This document shows, piece after piece, positions 9,087 to 18,246 of a stretch of DNA of 64,000 nucleotides; position 1 is the stretch's first letter, and every line of letters starts with the position of its first letter. The stretch spans positions 1 through 64,000 of the IMG/VR virus record IMGVR_UViG_3300010347_002008. One strand, written 5' to 3'. The notes beneath the pieces were generated by a model that saw only the letters and a program-made list of their open reading frames with translations, did no database searches and was not told the DNA's origin. The DNA comes from a virus (lineage: Duplodnaviria > Caudoviricetes). The position numbers and the translations under genes were made by a program.

Positions 9087-10277
9087 ATGAAAAAACTCTT
9101 ATTGACAATCGCTTTATTAATCACAGGATTAATTGCGACAGCCCAAATAGATACGACAGGAATGTCGGACTATGAAAAATATTACTATATTAAAAATGGT
9201 GATATTGATACTACCAAAAAAGTACAAACTAAAAATGTAGAAAATGACGATCTTTATTATCAACCTTCAAAGGATCAAAAACATGTTACAACGATATTTA
9301 ACAGAAAACCAAAACAACCTAAACCAGAAGGATATTATAGAGGTTATAATGATGGATATGAAGAAGGTGTAGAAGATGTTTCTCGTCTTTTCGATGATGA
9401 TTTTTCCTATGCAAATAGATTTTACAGATTTAATTACGGGTTTGGATTCTCATATTATAGCCCTTATTGGAGATTTCATTATGGATATTATGATCCTTTC
9501 TGGTATGATCCGTTCTATAATCCGTTTAGATGGGACCCATGGTATTGGGATCGTTATTATTATATTCCTTATTATTCCTATAATTATTGGTACACACCTT
9601 ATAGATATGATTACTGGTATGGTTATAACTATTATCCATACACATACAATTACATCTATATAAACAATCGTACTCCTAACAGAGGTTATGGAGCTTTAGG
9701 AAGTCGATATTATTCCTATCAATCTCCAAATAAAAATATATCCACTTCCAGAAATACTTATCAAAAATACCCTACTACATCTTCAAAGGGTTCTATTTAT
9801 GAGATCAATAGAAGAACTTCTACATCTACATATAGTAAGGGAGTTACTCAATCAACTAATGTTCAAACTAAACAAGAGCCAAACGTAACTAGAAGAACAG
9901 AGGCTTATAAAAAGCCAACTTATAATAGTGTTGAAAGATCATATACACCCTCATATAGTTCTCCGAGAATGAGTACAAAACCTCAATATAATAACACTCA
10001 AATTAATAGATCATATAACTCATCTACAAGTAAATCATATTCGGCTCCTACACAACCTAGAAGTACAACACAATCTAGAACATATACGCCGTCACCGGCA
10101 CCTAGTCGATCGACATACTCGGCCCCAAATACTAGTTCGTCATATTCAACTCCTAGTAGAAGTTCTTCGAGTAGTTATAGTAGTGGAAGTTCAGGTTCTT
10201 CAATGAGTTCAGTTTCTTCAATGAGCAGAAGTTCTGGAAGTACAACTAGTTCTGGCGTGAGTAAAGGAAGGCGATAA
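9087..10277 (+). CDS. Secreted Tyr/Trp-rich protein with Ser/Thr-rich tail, resembling a Bacteroidota envelope protein family
   Basis: Sec signal peptide ending IATA|Q; DDLYY motif; YYDPFW/YDPW repeats; disordered S/T/R-rich C-terminus. Confidence 0.7.
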   Translation: MKKLLLTIALLITGLIATAQIDTTGMSDYEKYYYIKNGDIDTTKKVQTKNVENDDLYYQPSKDQKHVTTIFNRKPKQPKPEGYYRGYNDGYEEGVEDVSRLFDDDFSYANRFYRFNYGFGFSYYSPYWRFHYGYYDPFWYDPFYNPFRWDPWYWDRYYYIPYYSYNYWYTPYRYDYWYGYNYYPYTYNYIYINNRTPNRGYGALGSRYYSYQSPNKNISTSRNTYQKYPTTSSKGSIYEINRRTSTSTYSKGVTQSTNVQTKQEPNVTRRTEAYKKPTYNSVERSYTPSYSSPRMSTKPQYNNTQINRSYNSSTSKSYSAPTQPRSTTQSRTYTPSPAPSRSTYSAPNTSSSYSTPSRSSSSSYSSGSSGSSMSSVSSMSRSSGSTTSSGVSKGRR

Positions 10278-10340
10278 AACTAAAAATAAAAATGTAATAT
10301 AGTGAAGGAAACTTCACATTCAAGTGGTGGTAATAAAAGA

Positions 10341-10364
10341 AAGAGGGGATTTTAATCCCCTCTT
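10341..10364. terminator. Bidirectional hairpin terminator between convergent genes
   Basis: AAGAGGGGAT-TTTA-ATCCCCTCTT perfect inverted repeat overlapping the 10352 stop codon. Confidence 0.75.
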
Positions 10365-11050
10365 AATGTTTCAAATACTTTCTTGGCTTTATAAGACTCT
10401 TTAATACCTAATCTTTCTCTTTCTCTTTTCTTCATTAATTCGTCGAATTCTTTGTTTTTTCTTTCTACGTCTTTTCTTATTTCACCCCCGTATTTTTCTT
10501 CTATCTCATCAGCCAATTTATCCGTTCCATAAATAAACCAATTTGTGCCACCATCAATACAAATAGATGAACCCATTCTTCTATCCCATGCATGATCTAA
10601 TCCTAATAAGGTAGATGCATAATATTGTCCTGGTGTGCCATCCCAATATTGTGCATTTGGGATTCCAGTCATTGTGCCTTTATCATCATCTGTTCTTTTT
10701 TGAACAAAATGCACAACAAAATGTCCTTCTTTATCTTTTTTAACTACCGCACCATATTCCTGATTTCCTGTTCCATATAATTTAGTGTCCATTAAATTAG
10801 GCAATTTACCAACTAATTTATTTTGCATATGTATAGCCTTAATTGTTGCATCTAATAAGGCTTTACTAATCCAACGGTTCCAACTTGAATCATCTTTATA
10901 AGTTTCTTGATATTTTGCAAGGCCTTCTGCTAATTCTGCTAATGAAATATTATGCTTTCTTGCAAACCACGTAACTTTAGATAAATCAGAGGTATAGTCC
11001 GACGGAAAATCCGCATCATATATTAATTCATGAATAATTTCGGAAATCAT
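10352..11050 (-). CDS. Hypothetical protein with C-terminal leader-like motif (KE|SYKAKKVFE|T)
   Basis: ORF track; AATATATAA motif upstream. Confidence 0.75.
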   Translation of the reverse strand: MISEIIHELIYDADFPSDYTSDLSKVTWFARKHNISLAELAEGLAKYQETYKDDSSWNRWISKALLDATIKAIHMQNKLVGKLPNLMDTKLYGTGNQEYGAVVKKDKEGHFVVHFVQKRTDDDKGTMTGIPNAQYWDGTPGQYYASTLLGLDHAWDRRMGSSICIDGGTNWFIYGTDKLADEIEEKYGGEIRKDVERKNKEFDELMKKRERERLGIKESYKAKKVFETLRGD

Positions 11051-11072
11051 TTAAAGCTTTATTTTATATATT

Positions 11073-12605
11073 TTAAAGCTTTACTTTAAATCTTTTGAAT
11101 GGAAATCTTTTATCTTTATAAATGCGTTCTCGCTCTTCGGAATGGCGCATTAAGTAATTTTTCTTTTGAAAGCCTGATCCGTATTCAAAATTATCTGAGA
11201 AATCAATAACTTGAATTTTTTCTTTACCCTCCATTAAACGCATACCACGACCAAGAATTTGTCGTACAATATATTCTGATTTATTTGACTCAACAATATA
11301 GATATTATGAACATTAAGAATATCGATACCTTCAGAGAATGTTCCGATTGAAGCTATTAAAATAACATGTTCTTCATCTTCCATTCTCTTTTTATAGTAG
11401 TCCCTATTATCGGCTTTAGTCCCTCCGTCAATGTAATATACATTTTTATCAGAGTTTTCTCTTAACCAATCATAGATGTTTCGACCATAAGAATTTTTAA
11501 TATCTGAAAACAAAACTAAGGAGTTTTTTGTACTCTTATTAATTGTTTCACAAACATATTTAAATCGTTTACGGTCGTCTCTAGCTGTATCTTTTTCTAA
11601 TGCTAAGAGTTTGGCTCCATCTTTTAAATCAGCGCTGACATTTCTAAGATCATAAAGTTTCTTTTTTAAATCCGTAGTTAAATAATCTAATTCAATTCCA
11701 ATTACATGAACAGGGGTTGCATTACCTGTCGCAATTAAATCTGCAGATAAAAGTTCATATACTTTAGGACCTAAATAAGACTGTATCATAAAGGAATCAC
11801 AAGATCCTTCCTTGGGTAATGTTCCCGTTAACCCAAATTTATATTTAGCATTATGACATTTAACTATAATGCTTTTTATAGAATTGGCCCTGGCATGATG
11901 GGTTTCATCGATACATACTGCATCAAAATTCTGAAAATATGAGAGGTCTTTTTTTGCTAAAGATTGAAATGTTCCGAATACAATATTTACATCTTCTTCA
12001 GTTTTCTTTGCTGCCGCAAACACACACTTACTTTTCCAATTTGGTTTTTTGTTACAACGATCTTCATACTCGTAGAATTTTTCTTCTGTTTGAGTTACAA
12101 GGTTTATGTTTGGAACAACATAAATCATTCGTTTAATTATGCCTTTATCTAACAAATATTTAAATATCATAAAGGCAATAAGTGTTTTACCCCCAGAAGT
12201 TGAAATTTCTTCAGTGCAATAGCTGTATTTTAGAACTCTTTTAGAAGCTTCTGTTTGATAATCTCTAGGATAGAAATCTTCGGCATCTTTGAAATAGTCT
12301 TCTACCCAATCATCAAAATCTTGACCATTGTAATCTCTATTGGTAAAGAGTTCGTTTGCTTCTTCAATTTCTAAAGGAAAGCTATATTTGTCAGCAAATT
12401 TTTTTATTTCTTGCCACAAACCTATCGGAATTCTATTATACTTGTCAATGAATTTGACTTCTCCATCCCAATGAGGTATTTTTTTCTTGATAATGAACCA
12501 ATTATCAACACGTTTAGTGAAACTATATTGAATTTGTTCTAATTCAAGAGCTGTACTATCAACGACTTGCAAAAATTTTTTATCAGCTGTTATTTTTAGA
12601 CGCAT
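11073..12605 (-). CDS. uvsW: UvsW-like superfamily 2 DNA helicase
   Basis: TSGGKT (Walker A), IDETHH (DExH), GLTGT (III), QILGRGMR (VI); RDYQ Q-motif; 510 aa, close to T4 UvsW size. Confidence 0.92.
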   Translation of the reverse strand: MRLKITADKKFLQVVDSTALELEQIQYSFTKRVDNWFIIKKKIPHWDGEVKFIDKYNRIPIGLWQEIKKFADKYSFPLEIEEANELFTNRDYNGQDFDDWVEDYFKDAEDFYPRDYQTEASKRVLKYSYCTEEISTSGGKTLIAFMIFKYLLDKGIIKRMIYVVPNINLVTQTEEKFYEYEDRCNKKPNWKSKCVFAAAKKTEEDVNIVFGTFQSLAKKDLSYFQNFDAVCIDETHHARANSIKSIIVKCHNAKYKFGLTGTLPKEGSCDSFMIQSYLGPKVYELLSADLIATGNATPVHVIGIELDYLTTDLKKKLYDLRNVSADLKDGAKLLALEKDTARDDRKRFKYVCETINKSTKNSLVLFSDIKNSYGRNIYDWLRENSDKNVYYIDGGTKADNRDYYKKRMEDEEHVILIASIGTFSEGIDILNVHNIYIVESNKSEYIVRQILGRGMRLMEGKEKIQVIDFSDNFEYGSGFQKKNYLMRHSEERERIYKDKRFPFKRFKVKL

Positions 12606-13137
12606 CTCGTTTTTTTCCTAATTTTGCTTTTCTCATATTTTCGCAATGTTCTTTAGAAAATATTATTCCCTTTCTTCCTTCGCTAATATGTTTTTTATGT
12701 TCTTCCGTCTTTTTTCGTCCTAAAAGTTTTTGGCTCTTTTTTCTTTTTTGTTCTTCAGATTGAATTATTCCTCGATGAGATTCTCTTAATTTTTGAATAT
12801 GTTCTTCTGAAAAAATATAAGAATGACCAGGAGTACCATCTCCTCCTTTAGTCATATTATATCCATTTTTGGGATTTGTAGTTTTATGTAATTTTATCCA
12901 ATATTTTTCTCTTTCTGAAAGCTTATCATTTAGTTCCTTTAGTGATTCTGATGAATGTGTTTCAATTATTTCAAACTTAAATTTTTCAATGCCATATTTT
13001 CTTAAGGCATTAGAAAATGACCAATTAACTTTTCTTCGATAATGCTCTAATATGCGTTTTTGTAGAGAGCGAACAGTTTTTCCATAATATAATTTATTTG
13101 ATGGAGAAATGGCGCGATATATTATTCCATTATGCAT
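12583..13137 (-). mobile_element. Free-standing GIY-YIG homing endonuclease with NUMOD3-like repeats
   Basis: GIIY...YYGKT, R.. .H, KYG..KF, REKYWI, GYNMTKGG motifs. Confidence 0.9.
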
Positions 13138-13144
13138 TATTTCA

Positions 13145-13315
13145 TTATTCTTTACTTCCTAAAACTTGTATTTCGCTTTGATTGCTTGTTTGTGATTCAT
13201 CATCAAATTTGATAATTACTTCGTTGTTTTTATTTTTAGTTATATCTTTTATGTATTTTATTTTTGCATCATGTATTACTATTTGACCTTCACGTAATTT
13301 ACCATAATATTTCAT
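13145..13315 (-). CDS. 56-aa hypothetical protein (MKYYGKLREGQIVIHDAK...)
   Basis: Hand translation; fills the gap between neighbours on the same strand. Confidence 0.55.
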   Translation of the reverse strand: MKYYGKLREGQIVIHDAKIKYIKDITKNKNNEVIIKFDDESQTSNQSEIQVLGSKE

Positions 13316-13334
13316 TTTTTAAGATTATTTTTCA

Positions 13335-13646
13335 TCAAGATAATTCATCTTTAGTTGTTTGCCCGAGATAATCATATTGATCTCCACCTAATCCTGAAGA
13401 AATTGATTGCCATCCTAAATCTTCTTCTTTTGGCATTACTTTTCCGCAAGTAGAACACACTAATGTATGTGGAGAAATATGACCAGGCGCCCACATATAA
13501 TTAACATATTCAGTTTTCACATGTTTGCACTCTTCTCGAATCAATTCGATTTCTCTTTCATATACTTTAATCATATCATAACAATCTTCAAGTCTTTTCT
13601 TGAGATTTCCATCTATGATTTCCTGTTCATTTATTATGTGTTCCAT
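13335..13646 (-). CDS. Hypothetical protein with possible Zn-binding residues (CKH...CSTC)
   Basis: ORF track. Confidence 0.7.
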   Translation of the reverse strand: MEHIINEQEIIDGNLKKRLEDCYDMIKVYEREIELIREECKHVKTEYVNYMWAPGHISPHTLVCSTCGKVMPKEEDLGWQSISSGLGGDQYDYLGQTTKDELS

Positions 13647-13648
13647 AA

Positions 13649-14152
13649 TTATTTACCTCTACTTATTTGTTCAATTTCAACCTTATATTTTATACCATAT
13701 ATTATATTATCGATGGTGCCAATTGTTTGAGAAATAAATTTTGCATGATTCTCAATTTCCTCTCTCTTCTCTACAATATCAGACATTTCCGAGAGAATTT
13801 GTAACTCTTTAGTTCTTTCATTTGGAAATCTAACTTGAGATTTAAATGAATAGTGCTGATATTTTTCTGACCATTCTTTAGTGTATGCTCTACTTACCTT
13901 TTTGAATATGGAAATAAGATAATGATAATATTCAACAGCCCTTTGACGCTCTGTATAAATATCAACCATTAGTTCACTAACTTTAAAGATGTCCTTCATT
14001 CTATCTGACATCTCTTTTATTCTACCAGAATATTCAATTCTTTCTCTCGCAAATCTTGCTTCAAGAGTTTCTTTTGGTTTATCTGGTTCCTTTGTCTCAT
14101 TTGAATCATTTGCATCAAAAGAGCTTAGAATTTGTTGAAGAGTCTCTTGCAT
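13649..14152 (-). CDS. uvsY: UvsY-like recombination mediator
   Basis: All-helical 167 aa; C-terminal FISQTIGTIDNIIYGIKYKVE resembles the UvsY terminus; located near uvsW as in T4-like phages. Confidence 0.6.
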   Translation of the reverse strand: MQETLQQILSSFDANDSNETKEPDKPKETLEARFARERIEYSGRIKEMSDRMKDIFKVSELMVDIYTERQRAVEYYHYLISIFKKVSRAYTKEWSEKYQHYSFKSQVRFPNERTKELQILSEMSDIVEKREEIENHAKFISQTIGTIDNIIYGIKYKVEIEQISRGK

Positions 14153-14303
14153 TTCTTTTAATATTCACTATATTTATTTTACCCTTTTTTCCTTTGGGTT
14201 TTAACGGAATTTCGTAATTAAAATCGGGAATTTCCTCATCGATTTCAAACCTAAAATCTAAGTGAGTTTTTAATCCCCTACTTTTTCTTTTTATCTTCTT
14301 CAT
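14115..14303 (-). CDS. Small basic hypothetical protein
   Basis: ORF track; same strand but overlaps both neighbours. Confidence 0.35.
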   Translation of the reverse strand: MKKIKRKSRGLKTHLDFRFEIDEEIPDFNYEIPLKPKGKKGKINIVNIKRNARDSSTNSKLF

Positions 14304-14541
14304 TTAACTTAAACCTTATATTTTTATCGGTCCATTTTTTCGGATCAAAGGGTTCATAAATAACTTGCCATTTTTTTGTCTTAACTATTCTTCCTGTACC
14401 ATTACATTCTTTGCATGTTTCAGAATAATAATCATATTCACCTTTATGATAATCGGCTAATTCTGACCATTTAAAAACACCTGTTCCATCACACTTTTTG
14501 CAAAGCATGATCTCATGTTCGGTTCTAAATTCGTCTCCCAT
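14278..14541 (-). CDS. DnaJ-type (CxxCxGxG) zinc-finger protein
   Basis: CKKCDGTG and CKECNGTG. Confidence 0.8.
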   Translation of the reverse strand: MGDEFRTEHEIMLCKKCDGTGVFKWSELADYHKGEYDYYSETCKECNGTGRIVKTKKWQVIYEPFDPKKWTDKNIRFKLNEEDKKKK

Positions 14542-14543
14542 AA

Positions 14544-15659
14544 TTAAATATCAATTATATCCAATGGATCATTACTAAAATAATGATCAAATAATGGAAG
14601 TTGTTTTCCTTCTTTTTTGGCAAATATTACGACATCGTTTAAATCCCATTTTTTTCTGTATGGTAAATTCATGTCTTTTTTTAATTTTTCCCAAAGAAAA
14701 ACAGACTTTCCTTCTTCTATTATTTTAAGCGTTTTTTCTGTCCCGGTTTTGTCATCATCAAACCAATATCGTACGGGAAGATCTAAAGGAAATGCTTTAT
14801 TTGCACCGGTATTTGCAACTGAATTTTTAAATAAAAAGGAATCAAATGGACCTTCAAATATAGTGATTGGCTGATTAAAATTTAATTGCATTATCCCAAA
14901 TAATTGAGATATTGCATCCATTTCATCTGCAATTTTTCCAACTATCTTTTCCTTGCCTAAAAGTTCATATAACTTTGATAAATTAAAAGTAATATATTTG
15001 ACATCACCTTTAAATAATCGTTTTTGGGCTCCAATTATTTTTCCAGATGGAGTTAAATTCAATATTAATAAGTAATCTCTTGTAGGACTATAAAGAAATT
15101 TTTCTTCTTTGAATTGTAATCTTCTAACTAACCATGACCAGACAGGAGACTCTTTAACTTCGGTTAAACCAAATTTCATTTTGAGCTCCTGTCTGTCAAT
15201 GGCATGTCCCTCTATGGTCTTCACATCTAATAGGAGGGATATATCATATTTCCCTCCAGATGTGGTGGTAAAATCTCCTAAATTATTTGAGATATAATTG
15301 ACTACATCTAATTCTAAATCAATTTTGTAATTTTTGAAGAATTGATCTACTCTCTTAAATTCTCCACAATTAAAACATTTATAATAACCTTTGTGTTTTC
15401 CTTCTAAAATAATATTTCCACGTTTCTTAAAAGAGCTTTGCATTGAGTCTCCGCAAATTGGGCACGCAAACGATATGCGATCACGATGAATTTTAATTTG
15501 TTGTTTAGGAATTATATCAGGAAAACGCTGTTTCAAAATTCCATTTAACAAGTAAATAAGTCGTTCTACATATTCCTCCTTTGATATAGTTTTATCGAAA
15601 TCTATATCAAAATTTGTATTAAGATTTATGTTTACATTTTTCTCCATGCCATCGACCAT
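14544..15659 (-). CDS. gp61: DNA primase (T4 gp61-like)
   Basis: N-terminal CPICGDS...CFNC zinc finger; Toprim EGPFDS, WFDDD, KWDLND. Start may be 15647. Confidence 0.9.
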   Translation of the reverse strand: MVDGMEKNVNINLNTNFDIDFDKTISKEEYVERLIYLLNGILKQRFPDIIPKQQIKIHRDRISFACPICGDSMQSSFKKRGNIILEGKHKGYYKCFNCGEFKRVDQFFKNYKIDLELDVVNYISNNLGDFTTTSGGKYDISLLLDVKTIEGHAIDRQELKMKFGLTEVKESPVWSWLVRRLQFKEEKFLYSPTRDYLLILNLTPSGKIIGAQKRLFKGDVKYITFNLSKLYELLGKEKIVGKIADEMDAISQLFGIMQLNFNQPITIFEGPFDSFLFKNSVANTGANKAFPLDLPVRYWFDDDKTGTEKTLKIIEEGKSVFLWEKLKKDMNLPYRKKWDLNDVVIFAKKEGKQLPLFDHYFSNDPLDIIDI

Positions 15660-16266
15660 AATTTCCTATGTTTGTTTTAATTCCACAAAATTCACAAGTT
15701 TTTTCTATTTTATTAATGGCGTCCCAAGCGGGTTTTCCGAACATAGGATTTTTAGCTCCCATTTTTGAAATACTAATTTTGTGTCTCGTGTTAGGATTTA
15801 GTATTTTACCTTTTGTGCTTTTTGATAATTTTATTTTTGATTCATCACTAAGTTTTTTTCCTTTTCTTTTTTCAGACCATTTTAATCTTGTTTCTTCTGA
15901 ATATACGTTTGTTTTTCCTTTATTCCAAGATGGCTTTCCCTTTTTAGATAAACTCATTTTACGTTTAGATTCCTCGGAATGAACACCTCCCCAATGTATT
16001 CCACCTGATGGTGAAATATTATATCCGTTTGGAATTAACGTATTAAATCTTTCTATATAAAACAATTAGGCTCCTTCCGCTTCTTCCTTAGTATTAAATA
16101 GTTCTAAAATTTGTTTTGTAAAATTTTCTTTTCCGTATTTTTTAATAGCTTTTCTAAAGGCGACACCACTTCCCAAATAATTATCATTTAAATTATTTGA
16201 AGAGTGGTCGCCAATATATTGTTTACCATTGACAACATTAGTTGTTATGTAAACATAATGTATCAA
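15619..16266 (-). pseudogene. GIY-YIG homing endonuclease broken by one in-frame TAA
   Basis: ORFs 16066-16266 and 15619-16065 are in frame; TAA at 16066-16068 aligns with Gln in the 6710-7324 paralog (EAYEAQEKYI vs EAEGA*LFYI). Confidence 0.85.
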
Positions 16267-16556
16267 TCTTCTAAATAAATTTTAGATACAGAAGATAAAC
16301 AAACAACAGTTTTTGCAGTATTAGAAAATGGATTATTTTGTTCCCATATTTCTATGAATTTTTTATAAAAAACATCAGTTGAATCGTTTGAAACTATATA
16401 AACAACACAAAGATCATCTCTTTCAGCTGATTTATAATAATTTCCAAATATACCAACACCTGATTCTGTTTTAACTACATCGCCATGTTTAAACCCCCAT
16501 ATAGGATATCGCTCTTCGTGAAGAGCGATATCCTCTTGTAATATTAAGGGATTCAT
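16263..16556 (-). CDS. Hypothetical protein
   Basis: ORF track; coupled to neighbours. Confidence 0.7.
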   Translation of the reverse strand: MNPLILQEDIALHEERYPIWGFKHGDVVKTESGVGIFGNYYKSAERDDLCVVYIVSNDSTDVFYKKFIEIWEQNNPFSNTAKTVVCLSSVSKIYLED

Positions 16557-16558
16557 TT

Positions 16559-17545
16559 TTACAGATTATTTAGGACATCATCAAGACTTCCTTGAATTCC
16601 TTGGTCTGAATCTAATTCAGGCATTGTTAGGTCAGGAAATTGTGTTGATTCCCCACCATCTTCAAGGTCATCAAGATTAAGTTCTTGTGATGTTATAGAA
16701 GCTGCATCTGCAGGAGCGCCTGTTTTGCTCTTCTCCTTATTTCCCTTTACGTCTGCAAAGTTCTGCGACTTAGTTGCTTGACCAGTCACTGCGGCAATTA
16801 CGTGATTAACGTATTCATAAGTATCTTCATCCCATTCCTGGAATGCATACTTACTAAGATCAGGAGAGTTTTCTTTAACCCATTCAAATACTTTTTTCTT
16901 ATCACTTTTTGCAGTGATTGGAATAAGTTTGCCTTCTGCATTAGGAATACATAATGGAATCCTCTCTTTTTCTCCGCTAAGGAATTTTGACTGATCATAA
17001 TTATTATAGCCAGAAACCTTAGTAATTACAAGCGCAAAAGCTTTTCCGGTGAGTATATCAAATGGATCATGCTTTTCACCTATAATAGGTTTAAGTTCGG
17101 CATTGATCTTTTCCCAGATCTTAACTCCATAACGATACACTAATATTTTACCTTCCAATTCTGGCTGCTGTTTATCTTGCAGAACTTGAATTAAGGAAGC
17201 AAATGTGTGTCGTCTAGAGAAAATAGCTGCTTTATTCTGCATAGCTACATTATCACTCTTCTTAAGTTTCCAATACATATCCTGAAGGATTGATTGTTTA
17301 CCTACTGAAGATGGACAGTCTACTGTGCGACCTCGTTGAGTAACTGGATCTTCAAGCCATGCTACCCATTTTTCTTGAATCGAACCGTATGTGGGATCTT
17401 GCCACCAGGGTATAAATCTAATTATTGCGCGGTAGATTCCGCCTTGACCCTTGTCTGCTGATGGAGTATATTCCTCAGCGTTTTTCGAAGTTGGCTCTTT
17501 AATCTCTACATTAGGATTAAATAGAGCATCATAATTTTCATTCAT
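16559..17545 (-). CDS. gp32: Single-stranded DNA-binding protein (T4 gp32-like)
   Basis: YRAIIRFIP, CPSSVGK, GKILVYRYG.KI, YNNYDQSKF motifs; acidic tail ending DDVLNNL. Confidence 0.9.
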   Translation of the reverse strand: MNENYDALFNPNVEIKEPTSKNAEEYTPSADKGQGGIYRAIIRFIPWWQDPTYGSIQEKWVAWLEDPVTQRGRTVDCPSSVGKQSILQDMYWKLKKSDNVAMQNKAAIFSRRHTFASLIQVLQDKQQPELEGKILVYRYGVKIWEKINAELKPIIGEKHDPFDILTGKAFALVITKVSGYNNYDQSKFLSGEKERIPLCIPNAEGKLIPITAKSDKKKVFEWVKENSPDLSKYAFQEWDEDTYEYVNHVIAAVTGQATKSQNFADVKGNKEKSKTGAPADAASITSQELNLDDLEDGGESTQFPDLTMPELDSDQGIQGSLDDVLNNL

Positions 17546-17607
17546 CTTTTTACTCTTTTTAGTTTATTACTCTTATTAGACTTTTAGGTACCTTATTAGT
17601 CCGTTTA

Positions 17608-17636
17608 ATTATATTATATATTCACGAACCTGTCAA
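17608..17636 (-). promoter_or_regulatory. Exact sigma70 consensus promoter upstream of the SSB gene
   Basis: TTGACA (17631-17636) - 17 nt - TATAAT (17608-17613) on the minus strand. Confidence 0.7.
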
Positions 17637-17699
17637 AAGTTTTCATTTTTCTGTTAAATTTTTTTAACAGATAATGATTTAATATTAAATATATTGCAT

Positions 17700-17849
17700 C
17701 TATTTTTTAACAAATTTTTTGGTTGGTTTTTTACCTTTAAATGTTATTATAAAGTAGATGAATTTTACCATATTCCATGCCATTGCACCTAGTAAAATAG
17801 CAAAAAATATGTAAACTGGTATGAACCAAGGATTTTGTAATTCAAACAT
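17700..17849 (-). CDS. 49-aa membrane peptide
   Basis: Hand translation MFELQNPWFIPVYIFFAILLGAMAWNMVKFIYFIITFKGKKPTKKFVKK; hydrophobic core, basic tail; overlaps the upstream stop. Confidence 0.6.
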   Translation of the reverse strand: MFELQNPWFIPVYIFFAILLGAMAWNMVKFIYFIITFKGKKPTKKFVKK

Positions 17850-18246
17850 CTTCAAAAATTTTTTTTAAAATTTTATCTTTGCCTATCATGATGGCAGTCA
17901 ATCCTAAAGATCCTCCTTCAAGTATAGCAAATTCTTCTCCATAAATAAGTGCTTTATTAAAGCAACTTCCTCTTACAGTAAAATCAACTTTTTTTCTAAC
18001 TGAGTTTGTCATAAAACACCTTTGTACTAAAGTTCTGTATAATGAATTTTTATCACTTATAATATATATGTTGTCAGCCAGTTCATCTAGTTTTGATATT
18101 ATATACGCATATGTTTTTAGTTCCCTCTTTACAGGTTTATAATCTTGAATGAATTTTTTTAATGGATACGCATCTTTTAAATATTCATTAATAGATTGTT
18201 CTATTTGTTCTTTTGTTTTAGGAACTAAAATATTTTCTATGCTCAT
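17842..18246 (-). CDS. Hypothetical protein with variant motif (ENILVPKTKEQI)
   Basis: ORF track. Confidence 0.75.
   Translation of the reverse strand: MSIENILVPKTKEQIEQSINEYLKDAYPLKKFIQDYKPVKRELKTYAYIISKLDELADNIYIISDKNSLYRTLVQRCFMTNSVRKKVDFTVRGSCFNKALIYGEEFAILEGGSLGLTAIMIGKDKILKKIFEDV

Noticed and set aside
11073-16266. Group I introns or inteins in uvsW or primase, suggested by adjacent endonucleases
   Set aside because: Both genes are continuous and of normal length; the endonucleases abut neighbours with no non-coding room for intron structure; no intein motifs seen.
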